This document shows, one piece after another, positions 30,990 through 40,029 of a DNA stretch of 49,745 nt. The first letter of the stretch is position 1; the number at the start of each line of letters is the position of its first letter. A model generated the notes under the pieces. The model worked only from the letters and a program-made list of their open reading frames with translations. It was not told where the DNA came from and did no database searches. The translations under genes and the position numbers were made by a program. The stretch lies in sequence record SRR20825006_3012, one strand, 5' to 3'.

Positions 30990-31141
30990 TTCTTAACCAG
31001 GCAGCACTCAGATCAACCAAAATATCCAGCATGAACAATGATATGGAGCACCGTCGAGAATTTATCTCGTCTGACAAAAGTCGACATAACGGGTTATTTC
31101 CTGAGTGAACTTGGTTCCCCTTATCCCTGGAAATCACTTTA

Positions 31142-31154
31142 TATCAACCGCTTA
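31142..31154 (+). promoter_or_regulatory. IHF-binding consensus
   Basis: TATCAA-CCGC-TTA exactly matches WATCAANNNNTTR, ~180 bp upstream of the attI-like core. Confidence 0.5.
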
Positions 31155-31234
31155 GATTTTTATGTAAGCCATATCCTACAAATTCGCACCCGATTCTGTT
31201 GAGCACGGGCTGGTCAGGATTTGGCTGCACCAAG

Positions 31235-31261
31235 GTTCGCACCTCAAGAGGTACTCCTACA
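31235..31261 (-). repeat. GTAG-family REP copy
   Basis: GTTCGCACCTCAAGAGGTACTCCTACA. Confidence 0.7.
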
Positions 31262-31274
31262 GAAAAGCAGGGAC

Positions 31275-31303
31275 AAAAAAACGCGGCCTTGGCCGCGTTT
31301 TTT
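31275..31303. terminator. Bidirectional terminator after acyl-CoA dehydrogenase
   Basis: AAAAAAACGCGGCC-TT-GGCCGCGTTTTTT. Confidence 0.9.
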
Positions 31304-31324
31304 GTGAAACATGAAAGGAAGCGA

Positions 31325-32464
31325 TTAACGCCCGATAATGTCCCGGGAGATAATTTCTTTCATGATTTCGCTGGTGCCGCCGTAGATACGCTGGATGCGG
31401 GCGTCCACGTAATCGCGGGAGATGGGGTATTCCTGCATGTAGCCGTAACCACCGAACAGTTGCAGACATTTGTCGGCGACCACGCCTTGCAGCTCGGTGG
31501 TGGTGAGCTTGGCGATGGAGGCGTTGGTGGCGGTGAGTTCGTTGCGATCGTACTGGTCGATGCACTGCTCACCGTAGGCGCGGTTAACCACGACCTGTGC
31601 GTGCAGGTCCGCCAGCACGAAGCGGGTGTTTTGCAGGCTGGAGATCGGCTTGCCAAACGCCATGCGCTCCTTGGTGTATTCGATGGTGCGCTCGATCATG
31701 CCTTCGCAAGCAGCGATGGCGCCCAGGGCCAGGATCAGGCGTTCGCGGGGCAGTTCGTTCATCAGGTTGGCGAAGCCTTTGCCTTCACCACCAAGAATCT
31801 GGTCGGCGCCGACTTTCACGTTTTCGAAGAACAGCTCGGAGGTATCCGCCGCGTGGTGGCCCATTTTTTCCAGGTTGCGGCCACGGGCAAAGCCGTCCAG
31901 GGCGCAATCCACGGTGAACAGGGTCATGCCTTTGGAACCGGCATTGGGGTCGGTCTTGGTGGCGAGCACGATCACGTCGCAGTGCTGGCCGTTGGTGATG
32001 AAGGTTTTCTGGCCGCTGATACTGTAGCCATCGCCGTCCTTGTCGGCACGGGTTTTCATGCCCTGCAGGTCAGAACCGGCACCAGGTTCGGTCATGCCGA
32101 TGGCGCCTACGGCTTCACCGGTCACCATTTTCGGCAACCAGGCTTGTTTCTGCTCTTCGTTGCCCAGGTGCAGGATGTAAGGAGCGACGATGTCGGAGTG
32201 CACGGAAATGTTAGACGCCAATGCACCAAAACCGGCGCGGGAGGCTTCTTCCACAATCACCGCAGACAGGCGGAAGTTGGCGCCGAAGCCGCCGTATTCT
32301 TCCGGGACGTCCACACACAGCAGGCCATTTTCGCCCATCTTGTTCCACAGCTCGCGGGGGAACATTTCGGCTTTTTCCCACTGGTCGTAGTGAGGAGCGA
32401 CTTCGTTTTCGAGGAATTTTTTGACGTTATCGCGAAACAGTTCGATTTCGTTCTGATCAAGCAT
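31325..32464 (-). CDS. Acyl-CoA dehydrogenase (long-chain type)
   Basis: IGMTEPGAGSDL, GQKTFITNG, DTSELFF, QLFGGYGYMQEY, IYGGTSEIMK. Confidence 0.95.
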   Translation of the reverse strand: MLDQNEIELFRDNVKKFLENEVAPHYDQWEKAEMFPRELWNKMGENGLLCVDVPEEYGGFGANFRLSAVIVEEASRAGFGALASNISVHSDIVAPYILHLGNEEQKQAWLPKMVTGEAVGAIGMTEPGAGSDLQGMKTRADKDGDGYSISGQKTFITNGQHCDVIVLATKTDPNAGSKGMTLFTVDCALDGFARGRNLEKMGHHAADTSELFFENVKVGADQILGGEGKGFANLMNELPRERLILALGAIAACEGMIERTIEYTKERMAFGKPISSLQNTRFVLADLHAQVVVNRAYGEQCIDQYDRNELTATNASIAKLTTTELQGVVADKCLQLFGGYGYMQEYPISRDYVDARIQRIYGGTSEIMKEIISRDIIGR

Positions 32465-32660
32465 GTTGGCTAGTCCTGTGGGTGAACGGCAACGACCCAC
32501 GCAGGGGGGGCCGCGAAACAATGGTCCACATTCTAGCCATAAGGCGTGACGGTCACATCACTGCCGGGTGACTGTCCGGTCTCGACGGGTGAGGCGAATC
32601 GACGCCTTTGGCTTGCGCCAGTGAATCTGGAGTTTGGGTGTTTACGATTGGCGTGCGGGG

Positions 32661-32688
32661 GTTCGCGCCCTGGAAGGGCGCTCCTACA
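32661..32688 (-). repeat. GTAG-family REP copy (best preserved)
   Basis: Minus strand TGTAGGA-GCGCCCT-TCC-AGGGCGC-GAAC. Confidence 0.8.
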
Positions 32689-32720
32689 GAATCCGTCAGG
32701 TTTGAGGGAAACCCGATCGG

Positions 32721-33170
32721 CTAGGTTGGCTCTATGCGCACGTCCGCCTTCAAGGAATTGGCCACGAAGCAGTTTCGATGGGCGCTGTCGTGGAGTTTTT
32801 CCAGAGCTCCGCCATCCGGTTCTTCACCATCAAACACCACCCGGGGACGCAGCACGATCCGGGTGATTGCCATGCGGCCTTCCGGGTTCTTTTCTACTGT
32901 GCCTACCGGCTGGTCGATATAGCTGAGGACGTTGAGGCCACGCTTGGCGGCGATGGACAGGAAGGTCAGCATATGACAGCTGGCCGTGGCGGCAATGACA
33001 GCTTCGTCCGGGTTCACCCGGTTGGCGCAGCCGTAAAACTCCGGGGACCCGGAGGCCTGCACCACTTCGCCGCCGGCGAAGGTCCATTCGTGGTCCCGGT
33101 TAAAGTGTTCATAATCGAATTCAGTGCCCCGCTGCAGGTGCCAGGCCACTGTTGCGCCGTACTCACTCAT
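32721..33170 (-). CDS. OsmC/Ohr-family protein
   Basis: NPDEAVIAATASCHMLTFL and AHRNCFVANS two-Cys motifs; GAGGAG RBS. Confidence 0.92.
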   Translation of the reverse strand: MSEYGATVAWHLQRGTEFDYEHFNRDHEWTFAGGEVVQASGSPEFYGCANRVNPDEAVIAATASCHMLTFLSIAAKRGLNVLSYIDQPVGTVEKNPEGRMAITRIVLRPRVVFDGEEPDGGALEKLHDSAHRNCFVANSLKADVRIEPT

Positions 33171-33254
33171 GATCGAACTCCCTCTCTCGCGTTTTCACTT
33201 TCACCATGATCCGGCAAGAGAGGAAAGGCAACCATGCTGCAGATCAATATCTGA

Positions 33255-34109
33255 TCAGCTGCCCTTGATCGGGGCCAGAAGGCAACGCTCAACCTGATCC
33301 ATCACCCGCGTGCTGTACAGCAACGCGCAATGGCCCAGATACGGAACATGGATATTTTCTTCGGCACCGTGCAATACCGCCGTGGACACCGGCAGCACAA
33401 AATTATCCATGTTTGAAAAGACGGAAAAGTACCGCGCGCCACCGGGGCAGGTTTCTTCGCTAGCCAGCTCCCGGATAAAAGGACTCTGGTAACGCAACTG
33501 GGCGGCAGCCCCTAATGGCGGGAACAGGCCAGCCACCCGCGAACCATAGTGCGGGCTGCCCAGGGTGATCACCCGATCGACCTTGCCGGCCAGGCCCAGG
33601 TTTTTCAGGGCGTAACGGGTCAGGGGGCCGCCCATGGAGTGGCAAATCAGGTGGGCTTTTTCCGCGCCCGTGGCTGCCAGGATACGCTCCACATGATCCA
33701 CCACCTGCTGGGATAACTTGCGGGCATTGATATGCGGCGGCGTATAACTCACGGAATAAACATTAGACCAGCCGCGCCATTTCAGGCGCCATTGCATGAA
33801 CAGGAAGTTGGCACTGTTGCCGCCATAGCCATGGACCAGAATCACCGGTGGCTCACCGTGATGGCGGCTGCGCGCCGGGGCCGTATCGTGGATCAACCGC
33901 AGCGGGTAGCTAGCCACCAGCAGTGTTAGCGCCGCCGCTTCCTTGGCGACACCAAGCAGCACGGCCAGCAGCCGCAAGGGCTGCTCGCCGGGCAATACCG
34001 ACTGCTCCGGAAAACTGCGGCGGTCGTAGTACCAGCACAGGTAAAACACCAGGGTGATAGACACCGTGGTAAGCACCAACAGTGCCAGCAAAAAAAGAAT
34101 CAGACCCAT
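33255..34109 (-). CDS. Membrane-anchored alpha/beta hydrolase (lipase/esterase)
   Basis: N-terminal TM; PVILVHGY, CHSMGG nucleophile, ITLGSPHYGS, D..V.P, GH. Confidence 0.85.
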   Translation of the reverse strand: MGLILFLLALLVLTTVSITLVFYLCWYYDRRSFPEQSVLPGEQPLRLLAVLLGVAKEAAALTLLVASYPLRLIHDTAPARSRHHGEPPVILVHGYGGNSANFLFMQWRLKWRGWSNVYSVSYTPPHINARKLSQQVVDHVERILAATGAEKAHLICHSMGGPLTRYALKNLGLAGKVDRVITLGSPHYGSRVAGLFPPLGAAAQLRYQSPFIRELASEETCPGGARYFSVFSNMDNFVLPVSTAVLHGAEENIHVPYLGHCALLYSTRVMDQVERCLLAPIKGS

Positions 34110-34306
34110 CCCGTCATTACTCCGTTGTTATTTTTACCGACGCTAGGCCAGTGCCGGTGAGGATAAAGCGCGGCTGGTATGACTGTCGGACAAAGCGTAA
34201 AGAGAATTCACAATTGACTGCGACAACGCTGCGGAAAGTAATCACCCACACCGCTCCCGCCTGCCTCCACACCGCCCCAGGAAACCTCTGAAAACGCCTT
34301 ACACGC

Positions 34307-35485
34307 TCAGTTTTCAGAGGCTCCCTCGTTCAGACCCTGCTCTTTTAGCCAGGCGGTGCAGTGCTCTACCGCTTCAGCCAGTTTGTCGTTTTGGCCAAAG
34401 TAATAATGATTGGCACCGGCCACTTCGCGCAGGGTGGCTTGCCCTGATTGGAAGCCATCGAAAAGCCGCTGGGTATGGCTGGGGGTACAAGCGTTGTCGG
34501 CAGTGTTGCCGATGACCAGGGCTGGCACCTTGATGCGCCCGGCACAGGCCGGGCCGTTGGCGCGGGAGTCATCGAAACTCCACTGACTCAACCAGCCGCG
34601 CAAGGTATTGAAACGCGCCAGCGCCACCGGACCGTTGTTCACGGTTTCCGGGTCACCCAGGTAACAGGTGCCGGGGGCACGCTCGTTGCTGTCCTGCTGT
34701 GGATCCAGCCAGCGCACATCGCACATGGTGCGGTGCACGATGAAGCCGTACTCCTCGGTGTGCAGGCCCCTGGCGTGGAAATCCGCCAACTTGCCTTTCA
34801 CCCAGTCGGAAATACGACGATTACGGTCGATCTGGGCCTGGCGGAAACGGGCCACAAAATCGGCACTGTAGGGCGGCTGATTGGGACAATCCGGATGGTA
34901 GATATCCAGCTCCCGGTCACGATCCTCCGGGTTGTTCTCGTCCTTCACGGACGGGTCCAGCCATTCGGTCATGGTGATGGCGCGAGACACATGGGCCGCC
35001 AGCAGCATGATGCCGTCCGCCGGAATCAGCTTCTGCGCGGTAAGGTCATATGGATCACCCGCCGGGGTGTGGGTAATCTTCGGGTCTTCGGCTTCTGCCT
35101 GATACAGCAGGCTCAGGGAGCCACCACCGGACCAGCCCGCCAGCACCACTTTTTCGAAACCCAGCCGTTCTTTGGCATCGCGCACACAGGCGCCCAGATC
35201 CGCCACGACTTTTTCCATTAACAAGGCGCTGTCGGCGCCACGGTACCGGCTATTGCAGTAGATGACCGACAAGCCGGCCCTGGCCAAGGCGGAAACCATG
35301 GGCAGGTACGCCCCGCCGCCTACCGGGTGCATGAAAATCACCACGGTCTTGCTGGCGCCTGCTTTTGGGGTAAGCAGATGCGACTCCAGCGCCACCAGAT
35401 CCATGGGGCCGGCGTAGGTGTCCTTGAAGCTGGATTGCTCCATGAAGGTCACCAGGTACGGGGTGCGATCGTAATGCTTGCTCAT
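34307..35485 (-). CDS. Alpha/beta hydrolase of unknown substrate
   Basis: FMHP, GWSGGG nucleophile elbow, ADNAC, GANHYY; overlaps the stop of the upstream VOC gene (ATGA). Confidence 0.82.
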   Translation of the reverse strand: MSKHYDRTPYLVTFMEQSSFKDTYAGPMDLVALESHLLTPKAGASKTVVIFMHPVGGGAYLPMVSALARAGLSVIYCNSRYRGADSALLMEKVVADLGACVRDAKERLGFEKVVLAGWSGGGSLSLLYQAEAEDPKITHTPAGDPYDLTAQKLIPADGIMLLAAHVSRAITMTEWLDPSVKDENNPEDRDRELDIYHPDCPNQPPYSADFVARFRQAQIDRNRRISDWVKGKLADFHARGLHTEEYGFIVHRTMCDVRWLDPQQDSNERAPGTCYLGDPETVNNGPVALARFNTLRGWLSQWSFDDSRANGPACAGRIKVPALVIGNTADNACTPSHTQRLFDGFQSGQATLREVAGANHYYFGQNDKLAEAVEHCTAWLKEQGLNEGASEN

Positions 35486-36138
35486 TGGGGAGCGTCCTTT
35501 TGTTCTTCTTTTGGTTTGCCCTTCTGCTGGTCCATGGCGCCCTTCACTTTCGAGAAGTCAGTCTTGCTCATGTCCAGGCCGCGCATGTCCAGGGCCTCAG
35601 CACCAAAATTCTCTTCTTTCAGCGCGCGGGTCTTTTGGGTCCATGCCTTCAGCACCCCATGGGCGTTGGCCGCATCTTCCGCCACCACGGCATCGTAACT
35701 GGCATCCTTGATGGTGATTTCCAGTGGAATGCCGTTGGGGTCGAAGAAATAGATGGAATGAATAAACTCGTGGTCGATGGGGCCGAAGCAGGGGCGGCCC
35801 GCCTTGTTGATACGGCGGCGCCAGTCCTTCAGTTCTTCGCGGGTATCCACTTCAAAAGCCAGATGCAGGTCAAAGGCACTGCGCGGGCGGAACATTTTTT
35901 CATCCGCCCCATCCGGGGCATCGAAGAAGGCAATGAAGTTGTCATCGCCCATCTTGAAGAACAAATGCATGTAATCGATCTTGCGGCCGGTGCCAGGTTC
36001 CTCATCGAATACCATGGCCATGGTGAGCGGCAGGCCCAGCACATCTTCATAGAACCAGCGGGTCTGTTCAGCGTCGCGGCAGCGGTAGGCGCTGTGGTGC
36101 ACATGTTTAAGCGTGGCACAGGGAGGCAGGCTGCTCAT
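35482..36138 (-). CDS. VOC/glyoxalase-family protein
   Basis: VHHSAYRC.D...FYEDVLGL, HLAFEV, SIYFFDPNGIPLEI; AGGAG RBS. Confidence 0.9.
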   Translation of the reverse strand: MSSLPPCATLKHVHHSAYRCRDAEQTRWFYEDVLGLPLTMAMVFDEEPGTGRKIDYMHLFFKMGDDNFIAFFDAPDGADEKMFRPRSAFDLHLAFEVDTREELKDWRRRINKAGRPCFGPIDHEFIHSIYFFDPNGIPLEITIKDASYDAVVAEDAANAHGVLKAWTQKTRALKEENFGAEALDMRGLDMSKTDFSKVKGAMDQQKGKPKEEQKDAPQ

Positions 36139-36342
36139 GGTTAGCTCCTGTTATTGTTAGTGGCGGCAATGATGCTCTTTATCCCCAAGATTGCCGCAGA
36201 CGCCGCCACCAAGGAAAACCGAAACCACCAAGAACCTGTCAGTTCTGGCCACCCTGCCAAACCACCGTCTGTCCGCCCAGGGTGCACAAAGCCAGCACCG
36301 ATGGCACACTTGCGGGCCCTTTTCGGTACGACGGCAAGCACC

Positions 36343-37278
36343 ATGACAGACCAGGCAATCATCAACGAAGTGGGGCTGCGCGACGGCCTTCAGAATCAAC
36401 CGGTAACCGTGGACACGGCCACCAAGGCGAAGCTGGCCCAGTTACTGGTCGACGCAGGCATGCGCTACCTGGAACCGGTGAGCTTTGTGAGCCCCAAGGC
36501 CATTCCGCAGATGGCCGATGCCGCCGCCCTCACGCCACTGCTGCCCAAAGGGGACAACCTGCATTTCCCTCTACACTACACGGCCCTGGTCCCCAATCTG
36601 AAGGGCTACCAGCTGGCGCGGGATGCGGGGTACCCCACAGTGGCCCTGGTGCTGTCCACCACCGATTCGTTCAACGAGCGCAACCTGCGCATGAGCCTGG
36701 AGCAGGCCGCGCAGAGCTGTGAGGCGATCATTGCCGCCGCGCGCGCCGATGGCATTGCTACCCGCACCTATATCTCTGGCGCTTTTGCCTGCCCCTACGA
36801 CGGGCCAGTGCCCGTCACCCTGCCGCAACAACTGAGCGAGCGCATGTTTGCCGCCGGGTCCGACGAAGTGGCCATCGCCGACACCATTGGCGCCGGCAAC
36901 CCGCAGCAGATGAAAGACATCATGGCGCCGCTGATTCGGGAATTCGGCGCAGAGAAATTCTACGTACACCTGCACGACACCCGCGGGCTGGCCGCGGCCA
37001 TGGCCTGGGCGGCGGCCGATCTGGGAGTACGCCGTTTTGATGCCTCCGTGGGCGGCCTGGGCGGCTGCCCGTTTGCGCCGGGCGCTACCGGCAACATGGC
37101 CACAGAGGATCTGGTGTACTTGCTGGAAAGTGCCGGCCTGAAAACCGGCATTGATGTGGAAAAGCTGCGCGCCGCGGTAGCACTGGCGCAGGAAGCCACC
37201 CAACGGCCACTGGGGGGGCGCATCCTTAGCTGGATGGCATCCCAGGAGAAACAGGGCAAAACGCCCTGCCTGTGGTAA
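36343..37278 (+). CDS. Hydroxymethylglutaryl-CoA lyase family protein
   Basis: EVGLRDGLQN, SFVSPKAIPQMAD, ADTIG, HLHDTRG, GGLGGCPFAPGATGN. Confidence 0.92.
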   Translation: MTDQAIINEVGLRDGLQNQPVTVDTATKAKLAQLLVDAGMRYLEPVSFVSPKAIPQMADAAALTPLLPKGDNLHFPLHYTALVPNLKGYQLARDAGYPTVALVLSTTDSFNERNLRMSLEQAAQSCEAIIAAARADGIATRTYISGAFACPYDGPVPVTLPQQLSERMFAAGSDEVAIADTIGAGNPQQMKDIMAPLIREFGAEKFYVHLHDTRGLAAAMAWAAADLGVRRFDASVGGLGGCPFAPGATGNMATEDLVYLLESAGLKTGIDVEKLRAAVALAQEATQRPLGGRILSWMASQEKQGKTPCLW

Positions 37279-37327
37279 TCGGCGTAACAACGCTCGACAC
37301 CACACACTTTTTTTTACCCAAAATCGA

Positions 37328-37358
37328 AAACACCGGGCAGCAACGCTGCCCGGTGTTC
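37328..37358. terminator. Hairpin/terminator between convergent genes
   Basis: AACACCGGGCAGC-AAC-GCTGCCCGGTGTT; T run on the minus strand. Confidence 0.75.
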
Positions 37359-37394
37359 ACGGCCACCTTCTACGGGACCACGGGTAGGTCTCTA

Positions 37395-39929
37395 TCAGGG
37401 TGCCGGCGTATAGGGATAACGGAAGCTGCCAGACACCGAGATCGCCCCGTCATTATCTGGCAACACCGACCCCATATTCCTGGCCACCAAGGTTGCGATA
37501 TAAGTGCCTTCTACCAGGCCATCGCTCACGCTAGTCACATTGAGGGTACAGCTCGCTCCCGCGGTCAGGTTCTGCGTGCCGGACTGATAGTAAGCCGTGC
37601 CGTACGGGATATCTGCCGGCGTTGCCAGTGACATGGATGGCTTCAGCCCCCCGGTATCCTCATGACAATCAAAACTGCCGACTTGCATGGGAATGTCACT
37701 CCAGGTCATCCGCATTTGATGATTCGGTGTGTCCATATCCTCAAAGTTCCGGAAGAAATAAGCCTGGCTCCCGTTTGAATAGACTTCCGATTCAAGCAGG
37801 AAACGTTCACCGGCCGCGAAATGAGTACTGCCATCATCGATGGTCATGCTGATCCCTTGCGCGTCATCACCCAGTGCACCATCGTCGCCGTTGTTGTCGG
37901 CATGGAAGGTCTGGGTGGTGAAGTTACGGAACTTGCCATGCACCACCAGGGTTCGCTCGGCTTCTGGCAATTCAATATCGCCGGTGCCCAACCCGGAGCC
38001 GAAAGCGGCACCGCCACCATTACTCGGCCCCATCAGGGTGGCCGTGTAACTCCCTACATATTTACCGCCAGCATTCTTTTCTATGGTGACGGTGCAGTCG
38101 CCGCCATTGGCGCTCTGGAACTTGAACAACGGGTCGCTGACGGTGATCCAGCCCATCTTCAGGGTCACTTCGGTATCTCCATCGTCGCAGCTGTATTCTC
38201 CTGCCGCCGGGCTACGGCTGCTGCCGGCCTGAATCTCGAATTTCAGCCTGTGCTCCGGGTGTGAGCCATCCAGCAATGGCCGGCCACCCAGGAAATGGCC
38301 GGAGCGCATTTCGCGAGTACCGCTATCAATGGTCATGTCCCAAAGGATTTCATCGGCCAGCGCCGGCGCTTCACCCTTGGTGCCGGTATGGATGAAAATA
38401 CGGAACTGGCCACCAGTCAGTGTGATTTGCTCATCATCCTTGTCGTTGCCCAGCGTGGCGCTGATGATGCGGCCTTCCGTGGCGCCATTGCTGAAGTGGT
38501 AATCCACGTACAGTTCGCACTCCGTGGCTGCCCAGGTTTTCTGCACCGCCGGGCTAGCGGCATAGTCCACTGTGAGCAGTGAGATACCGGTACTCTGGCC
38601 ACACAACTGGGTGCCCAGATTGCCATGGGCCACGTTCACCTGGGCCCAGGCCAGATCATCGCCATTGAACGGCGTCGTATCGATGGTGTTGTAATCACTG
38701 TCATAGTTGTGGGCACGAATCTGGCGCTTGGCCGTGGTGGCCATGAACGATTCAATAAACGGCTGTTCCAGGGCCCAGACCTTGCCATCGTGCACAATCG
38801 CCACACCGTTGCGCATATCCAGCAACTCTTTACCCGGCTGTGGATCAGGGTCTGTGCTGTCTTCCTGAATCAGGGCGCGCGTGGTGCTGCCCTGGCCATC
38901 GTCGTGCACAATTTCCATGACGTCACCGGCCGCATTGAGGTACACCCGCACACGCTCATCACTGTCGGACTGGCCATAATTCACCGCGACACGACGGTCT
39001 GTGGCTACAGAGGTGCGGTCATAAATTTCAACAATATCCGCCGCGGTAAACCCGATATCGGTGTCGAAATCGATATCGCCCTGGTCAGAAATAATCACGG
39101 TGCCGCGGGCATGGTCACGGGTGGCGGTGCCGCAGCTTGCGCAGTAACCGGGGTCACCTTCGCCGTTGCCAATCACCGTGTAGGTACCGGCATAGTCGGT
39201 GAGCACATCCAGGTTCGCCGGCAGTTCAGGGTCAACCGGTTCTTCGTCTTCCGGCGCGTCCGGGAACTGGTTGAGGTTGCCGTCTTTGACCAGATTCAGC
39301 AGGGCGTCGTAATCGGCAATGGACGGGTCATCATCAATGGCCTCCTGGATCGCATCCAGCACCTGATCCCAGGCATCGCCGATCACCAGCGCTGTGCTGA
39401 ACGGATCCCCACCAGGCAGCGAAAAGCCGGCATTGGTCATGGCGGTGAGCAGCTCGGTTTTCTTGCTGGCAATGGTGCTGGCCTCTGGCCAGTTGGCCGG
39501 GGTAGCAATCCAGCTACCGTCTGCCAGGCCCGTGGCGAGCGCCAGCACCATGTCGGTGATCGGGGTGATGTTGATGGTGCCCGACTGGCTGGCATAGCTG
39601 CGCAGAGTCACTGCCGGGGTGCCGCCGGTCACGGTCAGCACGCAGGGTAACGCCGTATTGGCCACATTGCCGCTCCAGCTGCCGTCAGCCTTGGTGGTCA
39701 CCGTGGAGGTGAACCCACTGCCATCGGCACACTCGGCCGTCACGGTGCCTGTCTGGATGGCCGCGCCCACCGCCGCGGTGCCGCCCAACCGTGAGGATGA
39801 CGGCGCTGCCCCTCCGCCCTCCGCACCCGCGTTATTATCCCTGTCGCTGTCACCGCCACAGCCGGCGACGGCCAGGAAAACCCCGAGCAGTCCGGCTCGC
39901 AAGATTAATGTCCCTTTGATTGGCTGCAT
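37395..39929 (-). CDS. Large (844 aa) surface lipoprotein with repeated beta-domains
   Basis: Lipobox LAVAG-C, Gly/Ser linker, GTAAVGAAI..G.V...C domain, D/G/T-rich, three C-terminal repeats ending G.FR. Confidence 0.82.
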   Translation of the reverse strand: MQPIKGTLILRAGLLGVFLAVAGCGGDSDRDNNAGAEGGGAAPSSSRLGGTAAVGAAIQTGTVTAECADGSGFTSTVTTKADGSWSGNVANTALPCVLTVTGGTPAVTLRSYASQSGTINITPITDMVLALATGLADGSWIATPANWPEASTIASKKTELLTAMTNAGFSLPGGDPFSTALVIGDAWDQVLDAIQEAIDDDPSIADYDALLNLVKDGNLNQFPDAPEDEEPVDPELPANLDVLTDYAGTYTVIGNGEGDPGYCASCGTATRDHARGTVIISDQGDIDFDTDIGFTAADIVEIYDRTSVATDRRVAVNYGQSDSDERVRVYLNAAGDVMEIVHDDGQGSTTRALIQEDSTDPDPQPGKELLDMRNGVAIVHDGKVWALEQPFIESFMATTAKRQIRAHNYDSDYNTIDTTPFNGDDLAWAQVNVAHGNLGTQLCGQSTGISLLTVDYAASPAVQKTWAATECELYVDYHFSNGATEGRIISATLGNDKDDEQITLTGGQFRIFIHTGTKGEAPALADEILWDMTIDSGTREMRSGHFLGGRPLLDGSHPEHRLKFEIQAGSSRSPAAGEYSCDDGDTEVTLKMGWITVSDPLFKFQSANGGDCTVTIEKNAGGKYVGSYTATLMGPSNGGGAAFGSGLGTGDIELPEAERTLVVHGKFRNFTTQTFHADNNGDDGALGDDAQGISMTIDDGSTHFAAGERFLLESEVYSNGSQAYFFRNFEDMDTPNHQMRMTWSDIPMQVGSFDCHEDTGGLKPSMSLATPADIPYGTAYYQSGTQNLTAGASCTLNVTSVSDGLVEGTYIATLVARNMGSVLPDNDGAISVSGSFRYPYTPAP

Positions 39930-39996
39930 ACCCGTTCCCCACGCTGCCTGATTGAAATGGATACTCGCAGCATAAAAGGGGCGGATGATTTTCAGC

Positions 39997-40014
39997 ACCC
40001 CTCAAACAGGGGGG
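39997..40014. promoter_or_regulatory. CCCC-N5-CAGGGG box 1 (upstream of the large lipoprotein)
   Basis: ACCCCTCAAACAGGGGGG, running into a G10 tract. Confidence 0.6.
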
Positions 40015-40029
40015 GGGGAAAGAGGAAGA

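Noticed and set aside
30990-31320. Possible intI gene or remnant upstream of the attI-like site
   Set aside because: Only short ORFs with no tyrosine-recombinase motifs; the interval ends in a REP and a terminator.
22803-32576. Shared GTGAC(G/T)GT half-sites upstream of alkB (22803-22822) and acyl-CoA dehydrogenase (32549-32575)
   Set aside because: Spacer lengths differ (4 versus 11 nt) and the half-site is short, so chance cannot be excluded.
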